A stretch of DNA of 60,000 bases from Malacoraja senta (taxonomy: Eukaryota): NCBI GenBank assembly GCA_038087875.1, contig CM075988.1, positions 20,152,001 through 20,212,000 on the forward strand, written 5' to 3'. Positions 12,868-24,787 of the stretch are shown in pieces; position 1 is the stretch's first letter, and the number at the start of each line of letters is the position of its first letter. The notes under the pieces were generated by a model that worked only from the letters and a program-made list of their open reading frames with translations, was not told where the DNA came from and did not search any database. A program made the position numbers and the translations under genes.

Positions 12868-13232
12868 AACTTCCTGTTTGCACTGTGTATTGATTTTAGA
12901 TAAAACGCTACCACTTACGGCTGTGATTTTTGGCCATCTTACTCAGTCCTGCTCCGCTCAGCAGGTGCAGAGGATTCTTCCCATCAATGAAAAATAAAAG
13001 TGTTATTAGTGTTTAAAAAATGTTGAGAATCTCTCTCCTGTCAATCACGCCATGAAGGCCACACCTTTTCCGGTGGGAGGGGAAGGGGTTATAAACCCGG
13101 GAGTGGGTGTGGCTCAGTCTGCATGATGGGGGAGGGAGAGGTCACGACTCTGTCTGAGCTGTGAATCAACTGAACACACTGAATGTCTACTGAACTGTGA
13201 GTTTGGTGTTTTGTGTGGTTTTATGGTGGTTT

Positions 13233-13490
13233 CATCCTGCTTGAAATGGTATGAAACTGCATTTGAATGTGGTGGCCTTGCACCCTGCATGAAATGGTAT
13301 GAAACTGCATTTGAATGTGGTGGCGTTGCACCCTGCATGAAATGGTATGAAACTGCATTTGAATTTGGTGGCCTTGCACCCTGCTTGAAATGGTATGAAA
13401 CTGCACTTGAATTTGGTGGCCTTGCACCCTGCTTGAAGTGGTAGGAAAATGGATTTGAATTTGGTGGCCTTGCACCCTGCTTGAAATGGA
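13233..13490. repeat. 48-bp minisatellite
   Basis: ca(c/t)cctgc at 13233, 13281, 13329, 13377, 13425 and 13473. Confidence 0.95.
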
Positions 13491-14321
13491 ATTTCAAGGA
13501 ATAGCCATGAGTCAGCTGCCAGCCCACCAGCCGTGAGTGAGCTGCCAGCACAACCCCAAGAACCCATACCAGTGCTCCAGAAAGCCCCCCCACTGGCCAC
13601 CAATATTGGAATTGGTGGAGAGGTAGAATATTGCGTTGGGGGACCAGCCCTCCCGTGTGAACATGCGACCCAACATTATTATATAAATGTATGCACACAT
13701 GAATAAATAAACAGATAAAGTGCAAATAAACAGATAATGGTCTATTAATGTTCAGAATTTTGATTTAGTTGAGTTTAATAGCCTGATGGCTGTGGGGAAG
13801 TAGCTATTCCTGAATCTGGACGTTGCAGTCCTCAGGCTCATGTACCTTCTACCTGAAGGTAGCAGGGAGATGAGTGTGTGGCCAGGATGGTGTGGGTCCT
13901 TGATGATGCTGGCAGCCTTTTTGAGGCAGCTACTGCGATGGATCCCCTCGATGGTAGGGAGGTCAGAGACGATGATGGACTGGGCAGTGTTTACTACTTT
14001 TTGTAGTCCTTTCCGCTCCTGGGCACTCAAGTTGCCGAACCAAGCCACGATGCAACCGGTCAGCATGCTCTCTACTGTGCACCTGTAGAAGTTAGAGGGA
14101 GTCCTCCTTGACATACTGACTCTCCATAATCTTCTCAGGAAGTAGAGGATAAAGGAGCAATGATGCGACCTGGTGAGGAATCTGCAGGCAGTGGTGACCT
14201 CTTGCGAAGTAGTCACAGGTTTGACAGGTGAGGTTTTGTGGAAACAAACAGGTTCATCCCATATAATTGTAGGCATGTGCCCACGGCTTCAGACCTGTCT
14301 GCTTGGATGGAAGCAGTTTAA

Positions 14322-14629
14322 TTTAGTTTAGAGATACAGTGCGGAAACGGGTCCTTCGGCCCACCGAGTCCGCACCGACCAGCGATCCCCGCACACACTA
14401 GGCACAATTTTACATTTACACCAAGCCAAATAACCTACACACCTGTACGTCTTTGGAGCCGGGGAGGAAACTGAAGATCTCTGAGAAAACCCACGCAGGT
14501 CATGGGGAGGTCCATGCAGGTCAAAGTACAAACTCCATACAGATAGCACCCGTAGTCGGGATCGTACCCGGGTGTCCGGCGCTGCAAACGTTGTAAGGCA
14601 GCAACTCCACCGCTGCGCCACCTTGCCGA
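14322..14629 (-). mobile_element. tRNA-derived SINE (HE1/V-SINE-like)
   Basis: Reverse complement of the same family, with a (CTAAA)n tail. Confidence 0.85.
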
Positions 14630-15328
14630 CCAGTTGTCCTAGTAACTGGCTTTGAAACAACAATGATAGTTTAGAATGTGGGTATCTGTCCGCTGAAGAA
14701 GGTGCCTTGTTGAAAAACAGTAAGAAAACTTCACATTCACTTTTGGTTCTTTGGGTGTTTTTAAGGCAGAGATTGGCATGTTTTTGATTAGTATGGGTGT
14801 CGGGGGTTATGGGGAGAAAGCAGGAGAATGAGGTTGAGAAGAAAAGATAGATCAGCCATGGTTGAATGGCAGAGTAGACACAATGGGATGAATGGCCTAA
14901 TTTTGCTCCTATGTCTTATGAACTTATAAGTACAATACCTTTCCAGGATATTTTGATTGATTAGGGATACACCAGTGCTTTCTTTTTGAGAACAAAAATG
15001 TGCCGGTACTCGTCTCATTCTTTGCTGTTCGTGTTTCTGATAAATCGTCGTCCTACAAGCTGCTTAAGCTGTTTAGGGGCCTGACTGGCTAACTTAAATA
15101 ATACATTTTATGTTTTTAACTTTTGTAATCTTTTTGTAATATTAAAATTAGAAAATCTAGTTTTAACTTTTAAAGAGGTATCGGTGTGCCGTACCAGCCA
15201 TACAATGACAATGAAAGCACTGGAATGCACCATACATGGTGCTCAATGATTTTAATGCTTTTAAAGTCTTTATTGCTTGCGTTTTGCCTGGCTGTATTTA
15301 GACTAATTTTATCTATTCTATATTACAG

Positions 15329-15455
15329 AGCGGGATTGCACTTATTTATTAATAAAGTGAAGGAGGGAAATGGTGGCACACTCTCAGGTTTATCTGTGGA
15401 GGAGCTGGTGGGACAAGTCTCTTATTATATTCACCAGGGCACCCATCCAGAAATG
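15329..15455 (+). CDS. TTC3/DZIP3-like exon, conserved pre-RING helical domain
   Basis: ttacAG / GTGAGT; AGLHLFINKVKEGNGGTLSGLSVEELVGQVSYYI (compare TTC3 LAGFIKKVRSKNKNSLSGLSIDEIVQRV). Confidence 0.85.
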
Positions 15456-16564
15456 GTGAGTATGATTTCACTGCATTCCTAATCGCATCGCAAAATCTAA
15501 CACTGCACAAGGCAAGAAAATAATAATGTATTACAGTTGTCATCTAACAAGATAGTTGCAAAATATAGTTTTAATTATTTTTGTTGCAGCTACTCCTTTT
15601 CCCTTTGAGCTCATTGATTAGTGAATCTACTGAATCACCCTTGCTTGTAACTTGCTTGTTACTTGTTGATCTCACCTGCAGTTGATGTGTAAATACAGCC
15701 ACACTATACATTGATGTCTCTTGAACTTTTCCTCTGCTGCAGAATATAGTTTTTCGTCATTAATAGTAGAAACAGTATTTAAAACAGCCTGGGTGTGATT
15801 AGGCTACCATGCTGGTTGGATCAATGTCGGATGCATTTTGTGTCAGATCCACTCATTTAGAGATAATTATAGCACCAATATAATGCTCGCTCTATCGTGT
15901 TTCTCAGATTTGCAGTGTTGTAATATTAAAATAATATGGATGCCACTTTGTAGAATAAAATTTACAATAATTTTATGATCCAGGCATTATGTAATAACTT
16001 AACATTTTGATTTGAATTTTTTTAAACTGGGTAGTTTTGAGGATATTAATTCTATGGCTGTCAGATTGCATTTATATTTTCAGGTTTTTATACATATTCA
16101 ATGCATACAAAGCTGTTAGTTTTGAAACTGCACTCAGCAGCAAAGAGGGATTGACATTCTAATGAAGGCACAAGAGACAGATGCTGGAATCTGCTGCAAA
16201 AAACAACAGCATTTGGAGGAACTTAGTACTGTTTCACAGGCAGCATCTGTGAAGGGCAATGGCACCAATTAGCAACCTACTATTTGATTGTTAAAACTAG
16301 ATTTATTGCTGGTTTATTGCATTTTAATTGCTAGGAACAGTTAAATTGAAATGTATTTTATTTGTAACAGAAATTCATAGTTATTTAAAAATCTCCAATA
16401 AACTTAAACTCTAACAACTTGCAGTTAGTAACTTTCAATTAAGCTGCTTTAAATTGACGCCTTCATTGTGCAGTTGCCATAGTTGTGCCAGCTTAATTGT
16501 TTTGGGATGTATTTAAAATTGTCAACAGAATTAACTTTTGCATTTTTGTCTATCTTTCTTTCAG

Positions 16565-16774
16565 ACATACGCATCTCGAATCGATCCATTATCATTTGCG
16601 CCCATGAGCCACGAAAATCCTTTCTTCCCCAGTCACCACGCTCCGCATTCTGACCAGTCACGAACATTACCGGATGAGTTCAGCGGCCGTGTTCAAGCGA
16701 GTGCATCTGCTTCACGGTTTGAGTTACCTCTCGGAGATTTACTGGAATTGGAAGGCTGTTTTGATGAAATGTAA
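16565..16774 (+). CDS. TTC3/DZIP3-like probable last coding exon
   Basis: ctttcAG acceptor in phase 0; TYASRIDPLSF...EGCFDEM-TAA. Confidence 0.6.
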   Translation, partial: TYASRIDPLSFAPMSHENPFFPSHHAPHSDQSRTLPDEFSGRVQASASASRFELPLGDLLELEGCFDEM

Positions 16775-17696
16775 AACCACAGAAACAAATTCACAATCTA
16801 GGTGTATTATTGTAAGTTTATGTGAACGTAGTTGGGTAGCATGTGATGTTAATCGCTCAAATTATCAGTGCAGCAAAGCAAAAACAACAGACTTTTTCCA
16901 CCTGCACACAGATAATGTTGTGAATTAAGTGAAAGTAGAGTGTTGATTTGATCTCAAACATGGTCCTGATTTCCTCTGAATTATAATTGAACCGTTCCTC
17001 TCTGTAAAGCCTGTTCTGTGAACCGTTCGTACAGAAGTCGCATCCTTGGTTCCACCAAACCTTGATTTGGTATTGATTTATTATTGTGACATGTGTTAAG
17101 ATACAGTAAACAACAGGTTCTTACCCAATGTTTCAAAAACGGTAAAAAAATCCAGAACTACTTTTTAATGTGTGAGGTAATGATCATTGGGCAATGTAGA
17201 AACAAGGATCTGCTGATGCTGTTTTATATTAAAGACAAAATGCTGGAGTAACTGGATTAGGCCATGTCACTGGGAAACACCGGGCAAGCTGGCCCTCATA
17301 GAATGTGAAAGAACCATTTCACAGATTACAGCCAAACACATAAGATAGTGATGATGCTATTGGTTAGGTGGGGTCGTGGGTGTGGATTAATCAGACGGTC
17401 ACAGTGATTTTTGTTTCATTTTTGATAGGGGAGATAAAATTAAAGCAACTTGCAAGAGCTGCAAAATATAACCACCTCCTATTTCTGGCTAACTCTCATT
17501 ATAAGTCACTCTGGCAACCACTCAAAGCAGCTCTAATTACTACCCCTGTCTGTATTTTGCATGCAGCTTCCTGTAAGTTTAAATGTGTACGGTTCTTTTT
17601 CATTATGAAGATAATTTCAATAATTAGCTGGATGATTCTGTTCCCATTTGTGCAGGAAATCGGTTCTGCCTGTGGGTCTTTGCAAGTTTTTTTTTT

Positions 17697-18526
17697 AGAT
17701 TAGATTAGATTTTATTTCTTGTCATTTGAACCTCAAAGAGGCTCAAACGAAACTCCGTTTCCACAGCCATACAAACAAAACAATTCCTACACGACACACA
17801 AACAATTCAATTTACAGAAAAACATCCATCACAGTGAATCTCCTCACTGTGATGGAAGGCAAAGTCTTTTCTCTCCCTTGCACCATTTTTCTCCCGATGT
17901 TGAAGCCCCAGGCGGGTAATGTTAAGTCCCACGGCCGTTGAGGCCGCGCCGGGCGGTGTACGGCCTCGCTCCGGGCCCAAAAGTCACAAAGTTGGAGCCC
18001 CCGGCGGGTGCTGGAATGTCCCGCGGCCTTTAAAGCCGCGCCGGGCGATTTACGGCCCCGCTCCGGGTCGTTCCAACCCCGCGACACGGGCGGGAGAAGT
18101 TGCGTTGCGGGAGCTCCGGAAAGCGGTCTCTCACCCGGACCCGCGAGCTCCCGATATCATAGTCCACAGGTCTGCAGCTGGAGCTCCGTAGTCGGGCCGC
18201 AGCAGCGAGCCACCACCGCTCCCCACGCTCCGAGGCCGGCCAGCCCCACGGTGGTAAGTCCGCAGGCTCCGCGACTGGAGCCCCCAGGTCATCCCGGTCG
18301 GAGGCCGCTCCACGGAGCTAGGCCCCAACGACAACGGAGACCCGACAGGGAAAAGGTCGGGTCTCCCGTGCAGGGAAGAGATTTTTAACGTTTCCCCCTC
18401 CCTGCCCCCCCACATATACACAGTTAAAAACAGTATAAAAAAACACAAACAACTACATTTAACTAGACAAAAATTAAAAAAAGACAGACAGGCTGTAGGG
18501 GCCGCTGCAGTAATCCGCGCCGCCGC
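17697..18526 (-). mobile_element. Non-coding GC-rich retroposon, copy B
   Basis: (TAGAT)n tail at the left end; colinear with copy C along its length; ends gcgccgcc. Confidence 0.75.
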
Positions 18527-20633
18527 ACTAAAAACTAGTTGCCTACAGTCCAGCTCCCACACACATGGCAATACGATTGATGCAATCACTTTCCAACCCC
18601 TCCAATTGTATCATTTTTAATCTCTTCTTGCTGCAAATCCAAGAAATGATTCCATCTCAAACACACCATCTTCTCAAGGGAAGATCATGTTTGATGCTTT
18701 ATGGTAGTGTTTTAATGGAGAAAGATCTGGGGTTGTAAGAATTTTGAAACACAGATGAACAGATTTCGCTTCAACTATGTGAGCAAGTACATTTCCAAAA
18801 GGTTTGGTGGAATCAAGGCTGCTATTTCCCTGTGGACAGCCAAACACTGGGTTTATTTTCCTCAGCTCAGAATGTGGAACTGCCAAGCAGGTCAAGCATT
18901 ATCTGTAGAGAAAGAAATAAAGCTAATGTTTCTGGTTGAAGACTTTTCATCAGAACTCACTGTCGCAGGAGTATTCTGGTGATCTGATGGAAAATCTCAA
19001 CTTTATTTTGGGTAACTGGTTTATCGACTGCATATGAATCCAAATATTTATTTCCACATCTGACTTTTTACAAACTGTTCTAAAATGTTTTAATTATCCA
19101 TCATTCCAACATAAGAATCATTGTGGTACATTACCAACTGCAAATGTTGAAGATATAATCTTCAAGTAAAACTCCAGACCTTCAAGGTATTCACCAATAT
19201 GAATTAAAATCAGAGATAGGATCTCTGCTTCACTGTCCCTTCATGGTACTATATAAATTCCTACACATTCAGCCATCGTGTGAAAATTCAGGTTAATGCT
19301 GCAAACACAACCTATAAATCAATAAGATTTAGGACATAATTAATGGCGTTGTTATTTCTCAATCCTCAAATTGTAAAATGATCAAGAGTCAAGAATACAC
19401 CATGATACCATTTTGGCTACTGATATTTGAGAAAAAGTATAATTGTGGCAGCATACTATTGATTTTCAGACTCCCAAGATGACACATTCCTGCATTGCAC
19501 AGCTGATTGTTCAAAATCTTTGAAACGATAACCCCTGACGTCAGTGAGATTAATAAATACCAGACACAACTCTTACTGTTGTGTTCAAGGTGTGTGTGAT
19601 CTAACTAGAATTTTACAACTCGTTCACGATTAAATAACTGCTTATGCACAATTACGTGTTTGGATTCAAAATGTTCCAGATCTGAAATAAAAATAAATTA
19701 TAAGCAAATTAAGTAATTAATTGCCTCCAAATGGACTCTTTTCAGAGCTTTATTTTATTATCTCACCTTACAAAGAGGAGGTCGGTCATGTAACATAGCC
19801 AGTTAGTTCAATAGTAGGCAGCTCTGGGGAATGGGGGCAGAAATGGGAGAGGTTTGGCACAAAGTCTTAAGGCGATGGCCAATAGGAAAAAATGTTCTAT
19901 CCTTTCTCATTGAAAAGAGGAGTAACTCATTGATACGGATTTATTATTGTCACGTGTTCCAAGATAGAGTAAAAAGATTAGTGTGCTATCCAGTCAAATT
20001 ATACTGTACATGAGTACAATCAAGTTATACATGAGGGACTCTTGAGCAAGAGACTAGGGATTGGAGCTGGTGACATAATGTCTGTTCATTGTTCCTATTT
20101 AGGAGTTTGGGGTGAGGATTTGTTCACGTTCTCCAACTTCAAGTTTTGTTTACATTTCACAAAAACTTGCACTTTTAGAAAACATAAAGTTGACCAATAA
20201 CAATATATATGAAGAAACATGTCAAAATTCTCTCTTGCTTAGGAATGATTCCACGAGGGAGATTGATATGAGATGTAGGTCTGATTTCTTAATGAAAAAC
20301 AGCTGAGTATTCGAACATCTAAACCTTGAAACTAACTTGTTTTGTGAAATTTAAACAAAATTCCTGTGATTGTTCTTGGGGTGGAGATAGATGTGGGAGG
20401 GAGAGCTGAAGCGATGAGATCTGTAGTGGACCAGGAGATGGTGGCCTGAGGGTTCAGCTGCGATGGAAGGCAAACACCAGCTCAAGAACTTCCCAGTCCT
20501 TGTTCCCCTCTAGTAGAGGAGCCAGTTCCCTCAATGGCCTTATCCAGGGGAGGAAGTCCTCCTGCACTACGCTCCCTGTCCTCCAGCTCAGCCGGCGGCG
20601 CTGCAGGCGAGGTCCCCAAGGACTGTGAGCTGC

Positions 20634-20730
20634 AGATAGACACAAAATGCTGGAGTAACTCAGCGGGACAGGCAGTATCTCTGGAGAGAAGGAATGGGTG
20701 ACGTTTCGGGTCGAGACTCTTCTTCAGACC
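20634..20730 (-). mobile_element. Penelope-derived short repeat with a hammerhead-like core
   Basis: Reverse complement reads ggtCTGAAGAagagtctcgacccGAAACGTCaccc (20700-20727). Confidence 0.8.
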
Positions 20731-20749
20731 AGTGTGCTCTTGTTCCACC

Positions 20750-21085
20750 GAGCCAGTGTGCGGCGCTGCGGATGCGGTCGTCCTGCACCAGGTCCTCCAG
20801 GCCAGCGGGCGGCGCTGCGGATGCGGTCTCCCCGCACCAAGAGGAGCTAGTATCTTGGCCCTGCACCATGTTCTGGTCCTCCGGGCCAGCGGGCGGCGCT
20901 GCGGATGCGGTCCTCCTGCACCATGTCCTGGTCCTCCGGGCCAGTGGGCGGCGCTGCGGATGCGGTCCTCCTGCACCATGACCTGGTCCTCCGGGCCAGC
21001 GGGTGGCGCTGCGGCGCGGGTTGCCCGGCACCATGTCCTGGTCCTCCGGGCCAGCGGGTGGCGCTGCGGCGCGGGTTGCCCGGCT
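20750..21085. repeat. 55-bp GC-rich minisatellite, about 6 units, upstream of the SNX19 ATG
   Basis: gcaccatg recurs at 20863, 20918, 20973 and 21028 (period 55), with more degenerate units upstream. Confidence 0.9.
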
Positions 21086-21450
21086 CGGCTGTTCAGTCGG
21101 CGGCCGACGCTCGGCTTGAGGGGCCGTGTTTTCCCATCGTCGGGCGGCAAGGCCGCAGCTGCGGACCGCGGCGAAGGCGCGATGCCGGGTCTGGGGCCGG
21201 ACCAGGCCCGGCGGCAGAGCCAGGCGCCGCTGGTGCTGCAGAGAAAGTGGCTGGGCCTCGGGCTGCTACTGCTGGCCTGCCTCTTGCTCCAACTGCTGCT
21301 CAACATCTGGTTGCTATGCGCCTGGGTGCTGCTGCTGTTGCTAGGGGGCTGGCTAGGGTCGCAGCTGGTGCTCAGTCCCTCCAGCCTGGTGCATCTGGAG
21401 AGGTTCCTCAGCCTGGAGCCCTGGCCCATCCAGCCCAACTCCCGGCAGCG
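20750..21450. promoter_or_regulatory. CpG island over the SNX19 5' end
   Basis: Very GC- and CpG-rich segment in an AT-rich background, overlapping the start codon. Confidence 0.6.
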
Positions 21451-22852
21451 CCTAGCCCTGGAGGTGGAGGGCACCATCAGCAAGATCATCAGGGACTTTG
21501 TCAGCTGCTGGTACCAGACAGTGAGTCAGGAGCCAGAGTTTGTAGAGGAGGTGCAGGCTGCCATGCGTGCCATGGCACTGGAACTGCAGAAGAGGATGGA
21601 GGGGGTGGACAGGAAAGCGCTGGCACAGAATGTGCTCCTGCTCTCTGGCTGCCACCTGGAGGTGTACATGAGGGCAAAGAGGGCAACCTGTGAGAGGACC
21701 GCCCGCCAAGATGCTCACTCCACGTGGAAGACGTATTGCAAACTGTGCCAGCCTCACATTGCCTTGCAGAGCCCGGCAACTGAAGCGAATTACGCACGTG
21801 GCATTGTTGATTTGCTGCTGCATGTACTGGTGCCCTTTCCCAACCTAGAAACACGGACTGGGAGGTTTGTCGTGAGGGAGCTGATCATGTGCAATGTGCT
21901 TCTGCCCCTTATAAGAAAAATGTCAGACCCCGATTGGATAAATGGTATAATAATAGAAATATTCACAAAGTCCAGCAAAAAGACTGTTGATGTAATGGAG
22001 GAGCCTCTGCCTTTGGAGGTACCAACTTCCCTACTCTTGAAACCCCAAAAAGAGACAATTGATGAAAGATTACCATCTCCGAAAAGTACCGATTCTCTCA
22101 GTAATGATGTTGTTGATAGTTTGGAACCTAATATGGAGGAGACTAGTGCATCCGAAGATGGGATTGTGATTAAATCAAATGATAAAGTTGATAAATCTTC
22201 GGAAAATATAAGCAGTCGCTCTGATTACCAAAGACCGGATAAATTAAACCTTTTCTATTCATGTGAGGAATTTGAACCGGAATCTCCCCTTTCTGCTATG
22301 AGAAAAGATTCCACTGAATCTTTAATATTGTTGATGACTGATGAACTGGCTGTGGACAGGTTGTCTCCAACAGAATTAATTAATGCTTCAGATGCAGCAG
22401 AAGATGCAAGCAGTGACGAACTAGTCATTGGAGAATCCATACTTTTGGATGCAGATGCTATCTTGCACACGTTTGACCAAAATCCAATTTCTCCGGGGCT
22501 TGAGCGTGTTGTCAATGACAGTGATGTGAAAGAAGAGACTTTAGCTAAATTAGAGAACTCCACATCCGCTCTGGCTCATGAGACTATCCGAATTCTTTCC
22601 AGACGAAATTCATTTCAGGAAAAGGAACCTGTTCCAGCAGATGGTTCAACCTGCAACTCCTTAGAGGTTGTGTCTACAGTGCCTACACAGACATCATCTC
22701 CTACATCAGTGAGTCTGCCCAGTTACAGCTTTGAACCAATTTGCAGTCCGGATACACCCGTGGTAATTCACAATCTACGGATCAGTGGAACAATCACAGC
22801 AAAAGAACACAGAGGAGGGGGATTTCATCCATACACATTATATACTATCAAG
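21182..22852 (+). CDS. SNX19: Sorting nexin-19 exon 1 (two TM helices, PXA domain, start of PX)
   Basis: MPGLGPDQ..., hydrophobic TM segment, IIRDFVSCWYQTVSQEPEF and LETRTGRFVVRELIMCNVLLPLI (PXA), HPYTLYTIK; no RGS domain; donor AAG/GCAAGT. Confidence 0.93.
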
Positions 22853-23449
22853 GCAAGTCCCTTTGGATGATAAAATGAATCACGACCAAATACTGTGTTG
22901 TTATTCTGTCAACAAATTCTGTTTGAGAGTTTGTAATTCCCGCGATACGTCTCTGAGCTTAATTGGTCACAAAGTAGTTCTGTTACTATACTGTAATTTC
23001 CACTTATTCATAACTGCACGCAATGCTCCAAATGTGGCCTAGCCAAAGTTCTATAAAGTCACATCATGACCTTCACTGTTATACTCAATGCTCTGACATA
23101 TGCAAACAAGCATACCATATGCTTTCTTAACCATGCTTATCTACTTGACTTGCCAGTTATGTTCCCCTTGCAGCCATGTTTCTGCAAGGGCCAACTCATT
23201 ATAGTCCCAAGCACTGATCCAGGCTCTAAGTTGATCTGCTTTCTCCACAATGCTCCTGTTGAAATAAACACACTTCAGCCCATCAGCATCACCATTTTTC
23301 TTCACCTCCCTACCTGTGCTTCTTTGAACTAACTGGTCCAAACCACTACCTTCCCATCACCACTTCTAATTTCTGACGTACAACTTTGGTTCCCAGCCCC
23401 TGCCTCCCAGAAAATTAGGAAATCCAAATTAGTTTGGTAAAAAGCCACA

Positions 23450-23930
23450 AAGATACACACAAAATGCTGGAGTAACTCCAGCATCTCTGAAGAAAGGAAT
23501 AGGTGACACTTGGAACAGCGGATACAGTAGGTGAGGTTGGAGGAGGATCAAGTAAACCTCTGCCTCACCTGAAAAGACTTGGGGTCCTTGGATGGAGTCG
23601 AGGGGGGAGGTAAAGGTAAAGAGCTTGCAGGGGAAAGTACCTGGGGAGGGGGTGGGAAGGGACGAGTTGACCAGGTAGTTACGGAGGGAACGGTCTCTGC
23701 GGAAAGCAGAAAGGGGTGGAGATGGGAAGATGTGGCCAGTAATGGGATCCCGTTGGAGGTGGCGAAAATGTTGGAGAATTATGTGCTGTATGCGACGGCT
23801 GATGGGGTGGAAGATGAGGACAAGGGAGACTCCGTCCTTGTTACGAATGGGGGGAGGGGGAGCAAGAACAGAGCTGCGGGATATCGAGGAGACCCTAGTG
23901 AGAGCCTCATCTATAATGGAAGAGGGGAAT
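23450..23930 (-). mobile_element. Penelope-like element fragment
   Basis: Terminal-repeat remnant followed by sequence homologous to the GIY-YIG region at 41580-41695. Confidence 0.75.
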
Positions 23931-24140
23931 ATATAGAAAATAATACGTTTTTGAAACTAGCCGATTTATTAATATGCAGTATTAAAGTTTCATTATAGTT
24001 TAAGAATATTAAAATGTATATTTGTTCTTGGTTTTCTTAAATGTGACATTTACAGAGAATAAATTGCATTTGTGTGTGAGTGTGCTTGGCTGGTGTGTCA
24101 CTTGGTTTGCACTGACGGATACATTGCTGTCGGTTCACAG

Positions 24141-24279
24141 TATGAGACTGCACTGGACACTGACAATCCTGGAACCCTCCAGCAGGTGGCATATCACACA
24201 GTTAATCGACGCTACAGCGAGTTCCTGAATTTGCAAACCAGGCTGGAGGAAAAGACAGAACTTCGTAAGATCATCAAAA
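24141..24279 (+). CDS. SNX19: SNX19 exon 2 (PX domain)
   Basis: cacAG / GTAAGA; YETALDTDNPGTLQQVAYHTVNRRYSEFLNLQTRLEEK. Confidence 0.95.
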
Positions 24280-24467
24280 GTAAGAGCACAGCAATGAAAC
24301 AGGATGTCTGAATGAGCTGGTGGAGGAACAGATCATTTTCCATATTTCATATTACCTTATAACATAGAAGGAGGCTAGTTTCGACCATCCATCTACACTA
24401 GGGCAATTTACAGTGCTTAATTAATTTGCTAAATGGAACACACATACATACACACCCACACACCTTT

Positions 24468-24755
24468 GTTTAGAGATTTATGGCCCACTGAGTCCACACT
24501 GACCATCAGTTACCCATTCACACTAGGTCTATATTATGCGTATGCTATCCCATTTTCTCATCCACTCCCCAGAGGGCTATTTTTTTAGGGGCCAATTGAC
24601 CTACAAACCTATACATCTTTGGTATGTGGGACGAAAGCAGAGCACACGGTCACAGAGAATGTGCAAACTACACAGACAGTGCAGTGCCCGTGGTCAGGAT
24701 TGATCCAGAGTCTCTGGTGATATGAGGCAGCATCTCTACCAGCTGCACCACTGTT
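24468..24755 (-). mobile_element. tRNA-derived SINE, degraded
   Basis: Same family on the minus strand. Confidence 0.7.
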
Positions 24756-24787
24756 CTGTTTGACTTCTGATCTTACATTCCACCAAA

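Larger units (their letters stand above)
12254..13674 (+). mobile_element. Probable non-autonomous Helitron-like element with two internal minisatellites
   Basis: 5' CTATATTACTAAAAG resembles Helitron 5' ends; no TSD; splits a Rex1 3' UTR; canonical 3' hairpin/CTAG absent. Confidence 0.5.
12150..14150 (-). mobile_element. Rex1/Babar LINE 3' end (C-terminal ORF and 3' UTR), host of the Helitron-like insert
   Basis: ORF 13752-14276: LYFLRRL...FYRCTVESMLT...DPHHPGH...LPSGRRY...RFRNSYFPTAIRLLN. Confidence 0.85.

Noticed and set aside
12640..13490. Regularly spaced 47/48-bp repeats as a CRISPR-like array or repeat protein
   Set aside because: Head-to-tail units without unique spacers, in a eukaryotic intron; the ORFs over the 48-bp array arise from a period divisible by 3.
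17657..17695. Acceptor-like site that might start a RING exon disrupted by retroposon B
   Set aside because: No RING cysteine/histidine pattern on either side of the insertion.
17812..18589. Overlapping ORFs in the GC-rich retroposon copies (also 4348-4824 and 25018-25770)
   Set aside because: Frames are not conserved between copies; a GC-content artefact.
20732..21181. 712-aa ORF as the true SNX19 N-terminus
   Set aside because: The first 150 aa are translated minisatellite and GC-rich leader from a non-ATG start; SNX19 homology begins after M at 21182.
20482..21854. Long antisense ORFs over SNX19 exon 1
   Set aside because: Expected shadow ORFs in GC-rich coding DNA; no recognisable domain.
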